DNA of 64,000 bases from assembly GCA_028705495.1 (NCBI GenBank), contig JAQWDK010000004.1:17868-81867 (forward strand). The letters are read 5' to 3'. This DNA comes from Eubacteriales bacterium. Lineage in GTDB: Bacteria > Bacillota > Clostridia > Oscillospirales > CAG-382. How positions within the stretch are numbered: position 1 is the first letter of the stretch; each line of letters starts with the position of its first letter. The notes beneath the pieces were generated by a model. That model was not told the DNA's origin. It ran no database searches and saw only the letters and a program-made list of their open reading frames with translations. Positions 38,521 through 50,748 of the stretch are shown here, one piece after another. The translations under genes and the position numbers were made by a program.

Positions 38521-39776
38521 CAAATTTTCGAAAGAGAGCCGAGAAGGTCTTCGAGTATATCGCTGACATCTTCGATTCCCACTGAAAGTCTAATCATGCC
38601 TGGGGAAATACCTGCACCGACTAATTGTTCATCTGAAAGCTGACGATGAGTAGAGGAAGCAGGATGAAGAACGCAGGTTCTCACATCTGCAACATGTACA
38701 ACATTGTTGGCGAGTTTGAGCCCTTCCATAAATTTAACAGCGCGTTCTCTTGTGCCTTTGATATTAAAAGACATAACGCCGCTACAACCGTTGGGAAGAT
38801 ATTTATCTGCTAAAGTTTTATAGGGGTTTCCGGCGAGTGTGGGGTAATTAACTAATTCGATTTTATCATTTTTAGAAAGCTCATCGGCGACAGTAGCAGC
38901 ATTTTTACAATGGCGCTCCATTCGGACACCGAGTGTCTGTATGCCCAAATCAAGCAGGAAAGCTCCCATTGCAGTCTGGTAATTACCAAGGTCACGAACA
39001 AGTTGAACACGCATTTTTGCGACATAAGCGGCCTTGCCGAAATGTTCGGTATAGATAAGCCCGTGGTAGGACTCGTCCGGTAGAGTTAAACTGGGGAAAT
39101 CCTTCCAGTCGAAGTTTCCGCTGTCTATAACAACTCCTCCGAGCTGCACTGCATGACCGTCAAGGTATTTTGTTGTCGAATGTATGACAATATCCGCGCC
39201 GTATTCGATAGGACGACACAGAACGGGGGTTGGGAAAGTGTTATCGACAATAAGCGGCAGACCGTTTGAATGGGCAAATTTCGCGAATTTTTCAATATCA
39301 AGAACAGCGATAGCGGGGTTTGCTATTATTTCAGCGAATACAGCTTTCGTATTGGGGCGGATTGCTTTATTAAGCTCATCTATATCAGCATCCTGATCTA
39401 CGAAGGTGCAGTCTATACCAAAGCGTTTTAAAGTAACGGCGAAAAGATTAAATGTTCCGCCGTAAATTTTAGAAGAAGCTATAAAGTGATCCCCTGCGGA
39501 GAGGATGTTGACAATAGAAAGGAAGGATGCGGACTGCCCGGAGGAAACGCAGAGAGCTGCAACACCGCCTTCAAGAGCAGCGAGTTTTTTTTCAACCTGT
39601 TCAACAGTCGGGTTGCTAATTCTTGAGTACATATGTCCTGGTCCGAGGTCGAAAAGCTTTGTAATTTCATCGGGTGAGGAGTATCTGTAAGTCGTTGATT
39701 GGTAGATCGGGAGAGCCAGCGGTTGACCGTTTTCCGCGCGGTACCCTTCATGTAAACATTTTGTCTCGATTTTCAT
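38520..39776 (-). CDS. metY: O-acetylhomoserine/O-acetylserine sulfhydrylase (PLP-dependent)
   Basis: 418 aa. PLP-lysine context VIHSTTKYLDGH. Cys/Met-metabolism PLP family pattern throughout. Confidence 0.85.
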   Translation of the reverse strand: MKIETKCLHEGYRAENGQPLALPIYQSTTYRYSSPDEITKLFDLGPGHMYSRISNPTVEQVEKKLAALEGGVAALCVSSGQSASFLSIVNILSAGDHFIASSKIYGGTFNLFAVTLKRFGIDCTFVDQDADIDELNKAIRPNTKAVFAEIIANPAIAVLDIEKFAKFAHSNGLPLIVDNTFPTPVLCRPIEYGADIVIHSTTKYLDGHAVQLGGVVIDSGNFDWKDFPSLTLPDESYHGLIYTEHFGKAAYVAKMRVQLVRDLGNYQTAMGAFLLDLGIQTLGVRMERHCKNAATVADELSKNDKIELVNYPTLAGNPYKTLADKYLPNGCSGVMSFNIKGTRERAVKFMEGLKLANNVVHVADVRTCVLHPASSTHRQLSDEQLVGAGISPGMIRLSVGIEDVSDILEDLLGSLSKI

Positions 39777-39811
39777 TTTTGTACCTTTTATTTAATTATT
39801 GATTTATTCTT

Positions 39812-39872
39812 TAAAAATAGTACCCGCGCATACGCATGGCGGTGATAACACCTGCACGGAAAGCGCGGGAGG
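39812..39872 (-). terminator. Compound stem-loop plus U-run downstream of the LCP gene / upstream of metY
   Basis: Minus strand: CCCGCGC ... (inner GGTG-uuau-CACC) ... GCGCGGG followed by TACTATTTTT. Confidence 0.5.
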
Positions 39873-39888
39873 TTTTTTCTTTAGGGGA

Positions 39889-40836
39889 CTACTTCTGAGT
39901 TTGGAACATCGAAACAGCTCTTGCGACATCCGGCTCAAAATATGTTTCTTCGCCGCTCTGGCGCATTGAACCTGGATATTGTATAACCTGTTTCGAAAAT
40001 GAGGTATACTTGAAAATCAGTTCGGTATTGCTGTTGAGAGCTTGGAGGGTGATGTTTGTGTTTGAGTTGCTGACTAACGCTTCGATAAGCGAAGGTGCTT
40101 TAGAAACGTTCTCCATCGTCAACACTTGAACGAGCATCGACTGAACAAGGTCACGCTGAAGCTCAAGTCTACCGGTTTCACCTGTGGAGGGAACAAAGCG
40201 CACAAGCTTACTGACTATCTCACCGTTTAGTTTTGTTCTTCCTTTTTTGAGGTCTATGACAAGGTCCTGTTCAGGGTCCTCATAAAACATATCGTAGGGA
40301 ATGTTAAAATAAACATTGTTAAGCTTATCAACAGTCTTAATAAGTCCATTGATATCAAATACCGCATAAAAATCGATCTGCAGTCCGGTTATCGCTGTAA
40401 TCTTTTCTTTGAAAAATGTAATATCTCTCGATTTTAGCAGTGTTTTCAGCTTCTGCTGAACACCGTCAATTTGAAGCTGCATATCGGTCGGTACCGAAAC
40501 AATAAGATAAGTCTTAGTTTCTTTATTGACCTTGACGAGCATTGCAGCGTCTATGTTACCATACATATCAGTGCCGAGCACAAGTGTGGTAAAGGATGTG
40601 CCTTTAATTTCATCTACAGGTTGGCTCACATCAGGAGATTCATCCGGAGAAGTGTCTTCAGATGGGTTCGATGTGTCAACTGCGCTTTCCGTTCCGCTTG
40701 TCGCTTCGGACTCGGCGGTTAAAAAGAAGTCGACTGCGGAGGGAACCATTTTATAAGCGATGAAACCAAATGCGATTAATGCCAAAATAAAGGTTATAAA
40801 AAAGTTTCTGAATCCTTTAGACATATAAGTCTCCAA
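39889..40836 (-). CDS. LytR-CpsA-Psr (LCP) family cell-wall polymer ligase
   Basis: 315 aa. N-terminal TM, acidic linker, LVLGTDMYGNIDAAMLVKVN ... SVPTDMQL pattern. Confidence 0.8.
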   Translation of the reverse strand: METYMSKGFRNFFITFILALIAFGFIAYKMVPSAVDFFLTAESEATSGTESAVDTSNPSEDTSPDESPDVSQPVDEIKGTSFTTLVLGTDMYGNIDAAMLVKVNKETKTYLIVSVPTDMQLQIDGVQQKLKTLLKSRDITFFKEKITAITGLQIDFYAVFDINGLIKTVDKLNNVYFNIPYDMFYEDPEQDLVIDLKKGRTKLNGEIVSKLVRFVPSTGETGRLELQRDLVQSMLVQVLTMENVSKAPSLIEALVSNSNTNITLQALNSNTELIFKYTSFSKQVIQYPGSMRQSGEETYFEPDVARAVSMFQTQK

Positions 40837-40857
40837 TCTTAAGCGTAAGGTATAACC

Positions 40858-41415
40858 TTACAACTTGAAGTCCGAGGGCTCAAAGTTGCCCGCATACGCA
40901 AAGAGATAATCGTCGCTCATAGGGAAGTCTGTTTTAAAAGTACCTAACGGCACATTAAAAACCTTGTCATAAAACGCAACACCGTCACAGACTGAAAACT
41001 TAGGAAATTCCACAAGTCCTCTACCTGTATACTTGACATAAGCTTCTTTGCGCACCCAAACTTTAGCGAAACGATGTGGAGTGTTATCTCCACTTCTTAC
41101 GTAATCAACTTCGTCAGGAGCAAAAAATCTTTCTGCAAGTGTGTTATAATCGGTTTTTCTTTGTGGATCCGAAAGCCTCGGTAGATATTCGCCGTCAATA
41201 CCGATTGGTGTGTCAGCAAAGGCGAACATCATAATTTCACCGGTAGTTGTAACGCTTAGATATATTCCGTGTTCTTCCTTGACATAGGGTTTTCCACTAC
41301 TTGAATATATAATCTCTATGTCGGATTTACCCGAATATTCTGCGAGTGCGTTAGCAAGCGTTTCACGCCTTTGCTCCTTCGCCTGGTATTCGTAAACCAT
41401 CAGCTTTACGCTCAT
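40858..41415 (-). CDS. 4'-phosphopantetheinyl transferase (Sfp-type)
   Basis: 185 aa. GIDGEY and VWVRKEAYVKYTGRGL (W..KEA..K..G.G motif). Confidence 0.65.
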   Translation of the reverse strand: MSVKLMVYEYQAKEQRRETLANALAEYSGKSDIEIIYSSSGKPYVKEEHGIYLSVTTTGEIMMFAFADTPIGIDGEYLPRLSDPQRKTDYNTLAERFFAPDEVDYVRSGDNTPHRFAKVWVRKEAYVKYTGRGLVEFPKFSVCDGVAFYDKVFNVPLGTFKTDFPMSDDYLFAYAGNFEPSDFKL

Positions 41416-41506
41416 AAATGTCCTTGCCTTTCTTAGGTAGGCGAAACGCCTTATTGTTCATAATGAAATTATACAGTCTATAAATGAATTATGTTTGGAA
41501 TATTCT

Positions 41507-44050
41507 TTACATTTCAGTGTCGGACGCCTCATCAGAAATCACTTCATCTGAATCGTTTTCTAAATCTTCATCCAACTCTTCTTCCTCTTCTTCGGGAGGA
41601 ACGACAGCGAAGTTTACTATGGTAGAATCCTCGCCTGTACGCATAACGATAACGCCACCGGTTGCACGACCATAGACGGGTATTTCGCTTGTCTTTGTTC
41701 GGATAATTATACCGTTGTCGGTTATAAGCATAATATCATCTTCGGGAGTAACAAGTGATATTCCCGCAAGGTTGCCTGTTTTATCGCTGAGCTTGTGACA
41801 GATAACACCTTTACCGCCTCTGTTTTGGACGGGGAAATCATCAATACTGCTTCGTTTTCCATAACCGAGTACAGATATTGATATGATGTCCTGACCGTTT
41901 TCAGCGTAATTTTCAGGGATTGCTGCTGCACCAACGATGAATTCGCCCTCGTCAAGAGTCATGGCTTTTACACCTCTGGCTTGTCTACCAACGCTTCTGA
42001 CATCATTTTCGTTGAACCTAATTGCTCTACCTGTATCGGATGCAACAATGATATCAGCGTTTCCGCCAGTGCGCATTACATATAACAACTGGTCTCCCTC
42101 ATCAAGGGTGATTGCAAAAATTCCAGCAGTACGCTTTGTTTTATACTCCATTATGTTAATACGTTTAACAACACCATAACGGGTTACCATAACGAAGTAT
42201 TCATCCTCGGTAAACTCAGTTATCGGTATAATCGCGGTGATTTTTTCACCTTCATCAAGCATAAGAAGATTGACAAGGTTTGTTCCACGGGAAGTTCTGC
42301 TCGCTTCCGGAAGTTCATAACATTTCTTGATATATACTCGTCCAGTGTTAGAAAACATCAGAAGGAAGTCGTGGCTTCCAGAAATTATGACATCCTCAAC
42401 AAAGTCCTCGTCACGGGTTGTCATGGCTGTTATACCCTTGCCACCTCTGCGCTGTGCGCTATAAGTCTCAGCGGGCAATCGCTTGATATATCCAGCGTGG
42501 GTGACGGTAACAACACTTTGCACACGCTCAATTAAGTCCTCGATTAGAATATCGTTATCAGCCTGTTCTATACCGGTGCGTCTTTCGTCACCGAACTTAG
42601 CTTTTATTTCGTTGAGGTCGTCTTTTATTATAGCTGTTACTCTTGTAGGGTCGCCAAGTATTGTTTTAATTTCATCAATCTGGCTATACAAAGATGCGAG
42701 TGTTTCTTCAATCTTCTCTCGCTCCATTCCCGACAGTCTGCCGAGTGTCATATCGACAATCGCTTGAGCTTGAATATCAGAAAGCTCATAACGCTCAATC
42801 AAAGCTCTCTTTGCATCGGAAATTGATTTGCTTGCGCGGATTATCTTAATAACCTCATCAATATGATCGATGGCAATTTTGTAGCCTTCGTAAATATGAG
42901 CAAGTCTTTCAGCTTTTTCAAGCTCAAACTTTAATCTTCTTGTGACTATTTCTTCTTGATGGTTGAGATAGTGAACAAGCATCTCCTTGAGGTTTAGAAG
43001 AAGAGGTTCGTTGTTGACAAGAGCGAGCATATTTATCGCAAATGTATCCTCAAGCTGTGTCATCTTGAACAGCTGGTTGAGGACAATTTGAGGATTTGCC
43101 TCTCTCTTGAGGTCGACAACGATACGCATTCCGTTTCTACCGGATTCATTGCGTATATCCGAAATACCCTCAATGCGCTTATTTTTAACATGCTCCGCCA
43201 TAGTTTCAAGTAGTACAGAGCGGTTGACCTGATAGGGAATTTCCGTAACAATTATACTTGTACGGCCGTTCATTTCCTCAAAATGAGTCTTTGAGCGGAT
43301 TTTAACTCTGCCCTTACCAGTCATGTATGCTTCATAAATGCCTGCGGTGCCGTGTATTGTACCGTAGGTAGGGAAGTCGGGACCCTTTATGTAATTCATC
43401 AGGGTCGGAATATCTGCATCAGGATTGTCGATGAGATAATTTATCCCATCGATTACTTCACTGAGGTTATGCGGAGGTATATTTGTTGCCATACCGACCG
43501 CGATACCAACCGAACCATTAACGAGAAGATTCGGAAAACGGCTGGGTAGGCATGTTGGTTCCTGTAGTTTGTTGTCAAAGTTAGGAACAAAGTCAACGGT
43601 GTTCTTTTCGATATCTTTGAGCATCAAATCGGCCATTCTCGCCATTCTTGCTTCCGTATAACGATAAGCAGCCGCCGAGTCGCCGTCTATATTACCGAAG
43701 TTTCCTTTGCCCTCGATTAGTGGATAGCGCAGCGAAAACGGCTGTGCCATACGAACCATAGTATCGTAAACAGCCTGGTCTCCGTGCGGGTGATAATGAC
43801 CGAGTACATAACCGACAGTCGTTGCAGACTTACGGAAGGGCTTGTCATAGGTTAGCTTTTCTTCGTACATCGAGTAAAGAATACGGCGATGTACCGGCTT
43901 TAATCCGTCACGGACATCTGGTAAAGCACGACCTATAATAACGCTCATCGCATAATCGATGTAAGCGGTCTTTACTTCTTTTTGTATATCAACATTCAGA
44001 ATAGTTTGACTTTCGTGATGAGGATAATCGTGGTTTTCGTTTCCTGCCAT
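41507..44050 (-). CDS. gyrA: DNA gyrase subunit A
   Basis: 847 aa. Active-site region [16 protein letters not shown]-terminal beta-pinwheel repeats and acidic tail. Confidence 0.97.
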   Translation of the reverse strand: MAGNENHDYPHHESQTILNVDIQKEVKTAYIDYAMSVIIGRALPDVRDGLKPVHRRILYSMYEEKLTYDKPFRKSATTVGYVLGHYHPHGDQAVYDTMVRMAQPFSLRYPLIEGKGNFGNIDGDSAAAYRYTEARMARMADLMLKDIEKNTVDFVPNFDNKLQEPTCLPSRFPNLLVNGSVGIAVGMATNIPPHNLSEVIDGINYLIDNPDADIPTLMNYIKGPDFPTYGTIHGTAGIYEAYMTGKGRVKIRSKTHFEEMNGRTSIIVTEIPYQVNRSVLLETMAEHVKNKRIEGISDIRNESGRNGMRIVVDLKREANPQIVLNQLFKMTQLEDTFAINMLALVNNEPLLLNLKEMLVHYLNHQEEIVTRRLKFELEKAERLAHIYEGYKIAIDHIDEVIKIIRASKSISDAKRALIERYELSDIQAQAIVDMTLGRLSGMEREKIEETLASLYSQIDEIKTILGDPTRVTAIIKDDLNEIKAKFGDERRTGIEQADNDILIEDLIERVQSVVTVTHAGYIKRLPAETYSAQRRGGKGITAMTTRDEDFVEDVIISGSHDFLLMFSNTGRVYIKKCYELPEASRTSRGTNLVNLLMLDEGEKITAIIPITEFTEDEYFVMVTRYGVVKRINIMEYKTKRTAGIFAITLDEGDQLLYVMRTGGNADIIVASDTGRAIRFNENDVRSVGRQARGVKAMTLDEGEFIVGAAAIPENYAENGQDIISISVLGYGKRSSIDDFPVQNRGGKGVICHKLSDKTGNLAGISLVTPEDDIMLITDNGIIIRTKTSEIPVYGRATGGVIVMRTGEDSTIVNFAVVPPEEEEEELDEDLENDSDEVISDEASDTEM

Positions 44051-44100
44051 TTATATTTTAGACCATCCTTTCAATGGAGAGGTAGCATAATATTTTATTA

Positions 44101-46074
<1,974 letters not shown>

Positions 46075-46083
46075 CTATTAATT

Positions 46084-46362
46084 TTATCCTTCCGTTACGA
46101 TTGTTTCCGTCGCCATGCTTCTGCTTTCAAGAGTTCTGACTGCTGAAGCTGATATAAAAAGTTTTGACTTTTTTGTTCCGCGTTTTGCGGCTAAAATGAG
46201 TGATTTAGGCAGATCAGAACAAACTGATTCGGTTTCGCCCTTGTCGTCGGCTGCTTTCAGAAAATCTTTAGTTGCTACCGATTGTGTCGCTGTCTCAATA
46301 TCAAAGAATCCGACGACATCATTAGTGCGAAGGAACCTTCCGCCACCGATATGCAAAAACAA
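46084..46362 (-). CDS. DUF370 (RemB/YaaB-like) small protein
   Basis: 92 aa. MFLHIGGGRFLRTNDVVGFFD resembles the B. subtilis YaaB/RemB N-terminus. Sits in the conserved position just upstream of gyrB. Confidence 0.7.
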   Translation of the reverse strand: MFLHIGGGRFLRTNDVVGFFDIETATQSVATKDFLKAADDKGETESVCSDLPKSLILAAKRGTKKSKLFISASAVRTLESRSMATETIVTEG

Positions 46363-46537
46363 AAGAGCACCTCCGAAGTCTTATAACAAACACACCGCGC
46401 GCCGCATGGCAGGCGCGCTTGGTATTTTTATCGGTATTTATTTATGAAAAAAACATGTGATACTTGAATTTCTATCATATATATTATATCACAGACAGTC
46501 GAAAATGTCAACTCTGCATAAAAGGGTTTCGGCTGTG

Positions 46538-47782
46538 TCATTCGCTCTTTTCATCGTCTGAAGATTTCTTTTTCTTTACTTTGCTGAGGAATGTCTTTAC
46601 TGTCATCTTTTCTTTTGTTTTCTTATCGTTTTCGTCAGGAGGTGGGTTCTTCCAAAGCTTTATTACCTCAGCATCATTTAGGTTCTTTAAGATAATAATT
46701 GTGATGGGGAAGAGGAAGAGACCGACAACACCCATAAGCTGCGCTCCCACATACATACAAATGAGCGTAACGAGAGGGTAAAGACCGATGTAGGTACCGA
46801 CTATTTTTGGTTCCATAATCTGCCTTACAACGGTTATAACAAGGTACAGTATAAGAAGCCCCACTCCAAGGAAAACATCACCGATTATTAGGCTATAAAT
46901 CGCCCAGGGGATGAGAATCGTCCCTGTTCCGAGAACCGGGAGTATATCTATAATCGCTGTAAAAAATGCAAATATAAACGCGTAGCGCACGTCAAGTATT
47001 GTAAATCCGACAAACAACTCAGCGAATGTTATCAGGATGATAAGGCTGTACGCTTTGATATACTTACCGGTTGTTGCTGTAAATTCTGTTTTTACGAGTT
47101 TTCCAAAGTTTCTGACCTTTTCGGGTAGTTGAGCCGCGAAAAATCCATTTATCTTCTTGAAATCGTGAGAAAAGTAGAAAGCGGAGACAATAACGATAAT
47201 TGTGTCTATCAAAAGCTTAGGAACAAAAGAAGCTATTTTTGTTATTGCGGGAATGATTGTATCGATATTGGCGATATTTGAAGCGAGTGTGCTAAGAGCA
47301 TTTTTGATGATTTCGTCGATGTTTGTCCATGCGGCTCTGAGGTTCTCACGTACATCGATAAACGGTATCTTTGATGCAATATCTTCGATTACCTTATCCA
47401 CAAAATCGGAATTATCATTCATCTCGCTGACAAAGCTCGTTAAATTAGCGGCAAGAATTTTAAGCTCGTAATAGAGTCTTGAGCCCGTTTTGTAAATGAG
47501 AAACCCGATTAGAAAAACAACACCTATTACAAGGATGAATATCGAGAGCTTTTTAGGGAAATGAGCTCTTTTTGAGAGAAAGTTTATGATCGGTTGAAGA
47601 ATTAATGCAACAACATAAGCAACAACAAACGGATAAATCAACGGCATAAGATATTTTAAAAATACATAACCGAAGATAAATATAATTACACCAGCTAAAA
47701 GGGTGTAAATTGTCTTCTTGTTGTTTCTAAAGAAAGTTGCAATCTTGTCGTATAATTGTGAAAGTTTTTCCGATAAGCTCAT
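46538..47782 (-). CDS. AI-2E/PerM family transporter (YtvI-like integral membrane protein)
   Basis: 8 TM helices with a central soluble insert. The tracked ORF begins with TTG 47812; ATG 47782 (MSLSEKLSQLYDK) is preferred. Lys-rich tail. Confidence 0.7.
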   Translation of the reverse strand: MSLSEKLSQLYDKIATFFRNNKKTIYTLLAGVIIFIFGYVFLKYLMPLIYPFVVAYVVALILQPIINFLSKRAHFPKKLSIFILVIGVVFLIGFLIYKTGSRLYYELKILAANLTSFVSEMNDNSDFVDKVIEDIASKIPFIDVRENLRAAWTNIDEIIKNALSTLASNIANIDTIIPAITKIASFVPKLLIDTIIVIVSAFYFSHDFKKINGFFAAQLPEKVRNFGKLVKTEFTATTGKYIKAYSLIILITFAELFVGFTILDVRYAFIFAFFTAIIDILPVLGTGTILIPWAIYSLIIGDVFLGVGLLILYLVITVVRQIMEPKIVGTYIGLYPLVTLICMYVGAQLMGVVGLFLFPITIIILKNLNDAEVIKLWKNPPPDENDKKTKEKMTVKTFLSKVKKKKSSDDEKSE

Positions 47783-47834
47783 TGTGCCGCCAATCTGCCT
47801 TATTGAAGGCAATTCTCAATTTGTAAATTCGGTA

Positions 47835-47863
47835 TTGACAAAGCTCTGGGCTTGTGTTAAACT
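47835..47863 (+). promoter_or_regulatory. Sigma-A promoter of tRNA-Glu
   Basis: TTGACA (47835-40), 17-nt spacer, TGtTAAACT (TAAACT at 47858-63). Confidence 0.65.
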
Positions 47864-47898
47864 AAACCTCGCACCAAGGCTTAAAAAACAATTTAACT

Positions 47899-47973
47899 GG
47901 CCTGTTAGTCAAGTGGTCAAGACGCCGCCCTCTCACGGCGGAGACAGGGGTTCGACTCCCCTACGGGTCACCA
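47899..47973 (+). tRNA. tRNA-Glu (anticodon CUC)
   Basis: GGCCTGT/ACGGGTC acceptor, D-arm GTCAAGTGGTCAAGAC, anticodon stem CCGCC/GGCGG with loop CTCTCAC, T-arm AGGGG-TTCGACT-CCCCT, encoded CCA. Close to the B. subtilis tRNA-Glu sequence as I recall it. Confidence 0.9.
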
Positions 47974-48016
47974 GCTGAGCTGGACTCAATTCTGCAATTG
48001 GGTTCAGCATTTTTTT
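47974..48016 (+). terminator. tRNA-Glu terminator (copy A of a duplicated 42-47-nt element)
   Basis: GCTGGACTCAATT-ctgc-AATTGGGTTCAGC (13 bp with G.U pairs) plus TTTTTTT. Confidence 0.8.
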
Positions 48017-48078
48017 CCGTAGCAATTACATTGCCACTAAAACCCACTATATGCAGAAATCTATATTTTACGTTTGAC

Positions 48079-48125
48079 AGCTGAAGCTGGACTCAATTTC
48101 ACAATTGGGTTCAGCATTATTTATT
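48079..48125 (+). repeat. Copy B of the terminator element (~90% identical to 47974-48016)
   Basis: GCTGAAGCTGGACTCAATTTCACAATTGGGTTCAGCATTATTTATTT. Preceded by TTTGACA, which resembles the tRNA 3' end TCACCA. Confidence 0.7.
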
Positions 48126-48179
48126 TAAAAAATCGGCGGATAGTTGCTATCAGGTTTTGATAAGTCCATCCGCCGAAAA

Positions 48180-49421
48180 CTATGCTTCGAGTATTCTTAA
48201 ATCAGCGAGTATTTCCGCGCCTTTATTTACAAGACGCTCAAGTTTCGCTTTATGTTGTATAAGCGTAGCTGAAGGAGCGACAAACGCTTTGCTATCCTCA
48301 CCGAGAACAACTTTAACTTTGCCGAATTCTCTTGTAATATCATTAGCATCGATCTTACCACCGATGCAGACGAAGTAGCCGCTTTCTATTTCGTTGTAAT
48401 CGACAAGTCTGCTCTCGCCGACATTTTTCCAAACATTGCGAGAGGGTTTGTACTTGATAACATCAACTATATCACCGACGACTGCGCTTGCAGTGGGAAG
48501 AGCACCAGCGCCTTGACCGCAGAAGAGCAGGTCGCCGACATAATCACCCGTTACAGAGACAGCGTTGTAAACACCATCAACAGATGCGATTGAATGGTCC
48601 TCGTGTAAAGCTACCGGAGCAGTATAAACGGCGAGTTTATCACCATCGATAGCATAAGCGCAACCTGCAAGTTTGATTTTGTAGCCAAGCTTATCTGCGA
48701 GTGCGAGGTGTTCGGTTGTTATTTCTGTTATACCCTCGTAATAGACATCTTCCGGCACTATGTATATACCGTAGGTAAGGTTCGCAAGTATGCAAATTTT
48801 ACGGCAAGTGTCCGCGCCGCTGATATCCGCAGTTGGATCAGCTTCTGCATAACCTTTTTTCTGAGCGTCAGAAAGTGCGTCGGAAAAAGCTGTTCCGTTG
48901 CGTTTCATCTCAGTTAATATATAATTTGTTGTTCCGTTTAAAATGCCATAAACTGATTTAATCTTATTTGCTGTAAGACAATTTGTAAGGGGTCTGATAA
49001 TCGGAATACCACCACCTACGCTTGCTTCGAACATATAAGAAACGTTCTTTTCTGCTGCAATAGCGAGAAGTTCAGGACCATAAGCCGATACAACGGCCTT
49101 GTTCGATGTTACTACATTCTTACCGGACTCAAGTGCACGTTTTGTAAATTCAAAAGCAGGATGGAGTCCTCCCATTGCTTCAACAACGATTGACACTTCT
49201 TCATCGCTAAGGATTTTATCAATATCTCCCGTCACTCTATCAGCGAGGGGGTGCCCCTCAAAAGTGCGGCGGTCCATTATATATTTAACCTCAATTCCGT
49301 CTTTATCGACGGAGTTGATTTTATTTCTAAGTGTATCTGCGTTCTTGAGTATGATATCGGCAACGCCGCCGCCGACAACCCCCATACCCATTATTGCTAT
49401 TTTCACCATCCGGGTATTCAT
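48180..49421 (-). CDS. hom: Homoserine dehydrogenase with C-terminal ACT domain
   Basis: 413 aa. NAD-binding IAIMGMGVVGGGV, catalytic-domain pattern, C-terminal regulatory domain. Confidence 0.9.
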   Translation of the reverse strand: MNTRMVKIAIMGMGVVGGGVADIILKNADTLRNKINSVDKDGIEVKYIMDRRTFEGHPLADRVTGDIDKILSDEEVSIVVEAMGGLHPAFEFTKRALESGKNVVTSNKAVVSAYGPELLAIAAEKNVSYMFEASVGGGIPIIRPLTNCLTANKIKSVYGILNGTTNYILTEMKRNGTAFSDALSDAQKKGYAEADPTADISGADTCRKICILANLTYGIYIVPEDVYYEGITEITTEHLALADKLGYKIKLAGCAYAIDGDKLAVYTAPVALHEDHSIASVDGVYNAVSVTGDYVGDLLFCGQGAGALPTASAVVGDIVDVIKYKPSRNVWKNVGESRLVDYNEIESGYFVCIGGKIDANDITREFGKVKVVLGEDSKAFVAPSATLIQHKAKLERLVNKGAEILADLRILEA

Positions 49422-49485
49422 CCTTATCTAAAATAATAATTGCTATATTTGAATGCGTATGATAACCGCATTATCGACACAATAC

Positions 49486-49514
49486 ATTCTACCACAAAAT
49501 AGCTGCATTTGCAA
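49486..49514 (-). promoter_or_regulatory. Sigma-A promoter of hom
   Basis: Minus strand: TTGCAA, 17-nt spacer, TGgTAGAAT. Confidence 0.55.
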
Positions 49515-49622
49515 TGCTGATAATGTAAAAAGAAAAAGCGGCAGACAGCGGCTTTTTCTTTTTTATGGTTATAAATTAATTTTATATGAAAAGTTAGGTT
49601 TACAAAGCAACTGTTGTTCTTT

Positions 49623-50633
49623 TTACTTTATGAACTGTTGTATGCCTGCTTGTGCAAACAATGCCACAATAACAACCGAGATGTCTATAATTACTCCTGC
49701 AATCATCGGTTTAGCACCAACACCGGCAACCTCTTTTAAGCTGGTCTTAAGCCCGATTGATGCCAAAGCCATGGATAAAAAGAATTTTGACAGGAAAGAA
49801 ACGCCGGTTACGACGTTTTCCGGCACAATTCCTGTGCTTCTTATACCAACCACTGCAAGGAACCCAAGTATAAACCAAGGGAATATTTTGCGTATGCTCA
49901 CTTTTTCCGCTGTTTTAGTAGGTGCTTCTTTTTTTGCGTAAATCCAAGCAAAAATAAGGACAATTGGTACAATAAAAAGCGTTCTCGTGAGTTTTACTAT
50001 TGTTGCAAGCGAACCTGCCGCATCTGAAAACGCATAACCCGCAGCAACAACGGACGATGTGTCATTGACCGCAGTACCAATCCAAAGTCCATAACTGGTA
50101 TCACTCAGACCTAAAAGCTTACCAATCCACGGGAAGGCGATTACTGTTATGATATCAAAAATAAAAGTTGCTGATATTGCGTAAGCGATATCTCTGTCTT
50201 TTGCGTAAATTGTGGGTCCTACTGTTGCAACAGCAGTTCCTCCGCAAATTGAGGTACTTATTGAAAGCAAGCTTGCTAACTTCCAATTTATTTTAAAGGC
50301 TTTCTTGCATATAAATCCTACGCCGAAAGCTGTAACAAATGTAAACAACAACAGTATCAGCGCATATTTTCCTGCTTTAATAACCTGAGTAAAACTTAAA
50401 GTTATTCCTGCGAGGATTATTCCCGCACGTAGAATTTTTTTGGATGTCCAGTTAATACCCGGGTTGAAAGCCTCATAACGACCAAGTAATGGATTCAACA
50501 GCATACCTAATAATAAAGCGAGCAATGTTTCCCCAAGAAATCCGGAAGGGACCAGCATATTGATTAGGAAAGCTACCACTGCAATCCCCACTGATAGTGA
50601 AATTCCTGATAAGTACTTTTTAACGTGACTCAT
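49623..50633 (-). CDS. YeiH/UPF0324 family putative sulfate-exporter-type membrane protein
   Basis: 336 aa, ~10 TM. Divergent from a LysR regulator, as in yeiH-yeiE pairs. Confidence 0.65.
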   Translation of the reverse strand: MSHVKKYLSGISLSVGIAVVAFLINMLVPSGFLGETLLALLLGMLLNPLLGRYEAFNPGINWTSKKILRAGIILAGITLSFTQVIKAGKYALILLLFTFVTAFGVGFICKKAFKINWKLASLLSISTSICGGTAVATVGPTIYAKDRDIAYAISATFIFDIITVIAFPWIGKLLGLSDTSYGLWIGTAVNDTSSVVAAGYAFSDAAGSLATIVKLTRTLFIVPIVLIFAWIYAKKEAPTKTAEKVSIRKIFPWFILGFLAVVGIRSTGIVPENVVTGVSFLSKFFLSMALASIGLKTSLKEVAGVGAKPMIAGVIIDISVVIVALFAQAGIQQFIK

Positions 50634-50748
50634 TTGTCTTATTCCTTTACTTTATTTTTTATCTTGTATTGATTTTATCACATTTGTTTGATAAAATAAA
50701 ATTATACTTTATTATATAAATATAAATAAAAATTATGGAGTGGTAAAT

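Noticed and set aside
39777-39888. SAM-I (S-box) riboswitch upstream of metY
   Set aside because: The spacer is only 112 nt and lacks the conserved S-box cores I remember (e.g. the GAGGGA...GCCC and GGTGCTAA-type segments). Only a single GC stem plus U-run is present. No model was run.
49530-49560. AAAAAGCGGCAGACAGCGGCTTTTT as the terminator of the yeiH-like gene
   Set aside because: The GC parts are direct (GCGGC...GCGGC), not inverted. Only the A/T ends pair, so it is too weak to call as a terminator.
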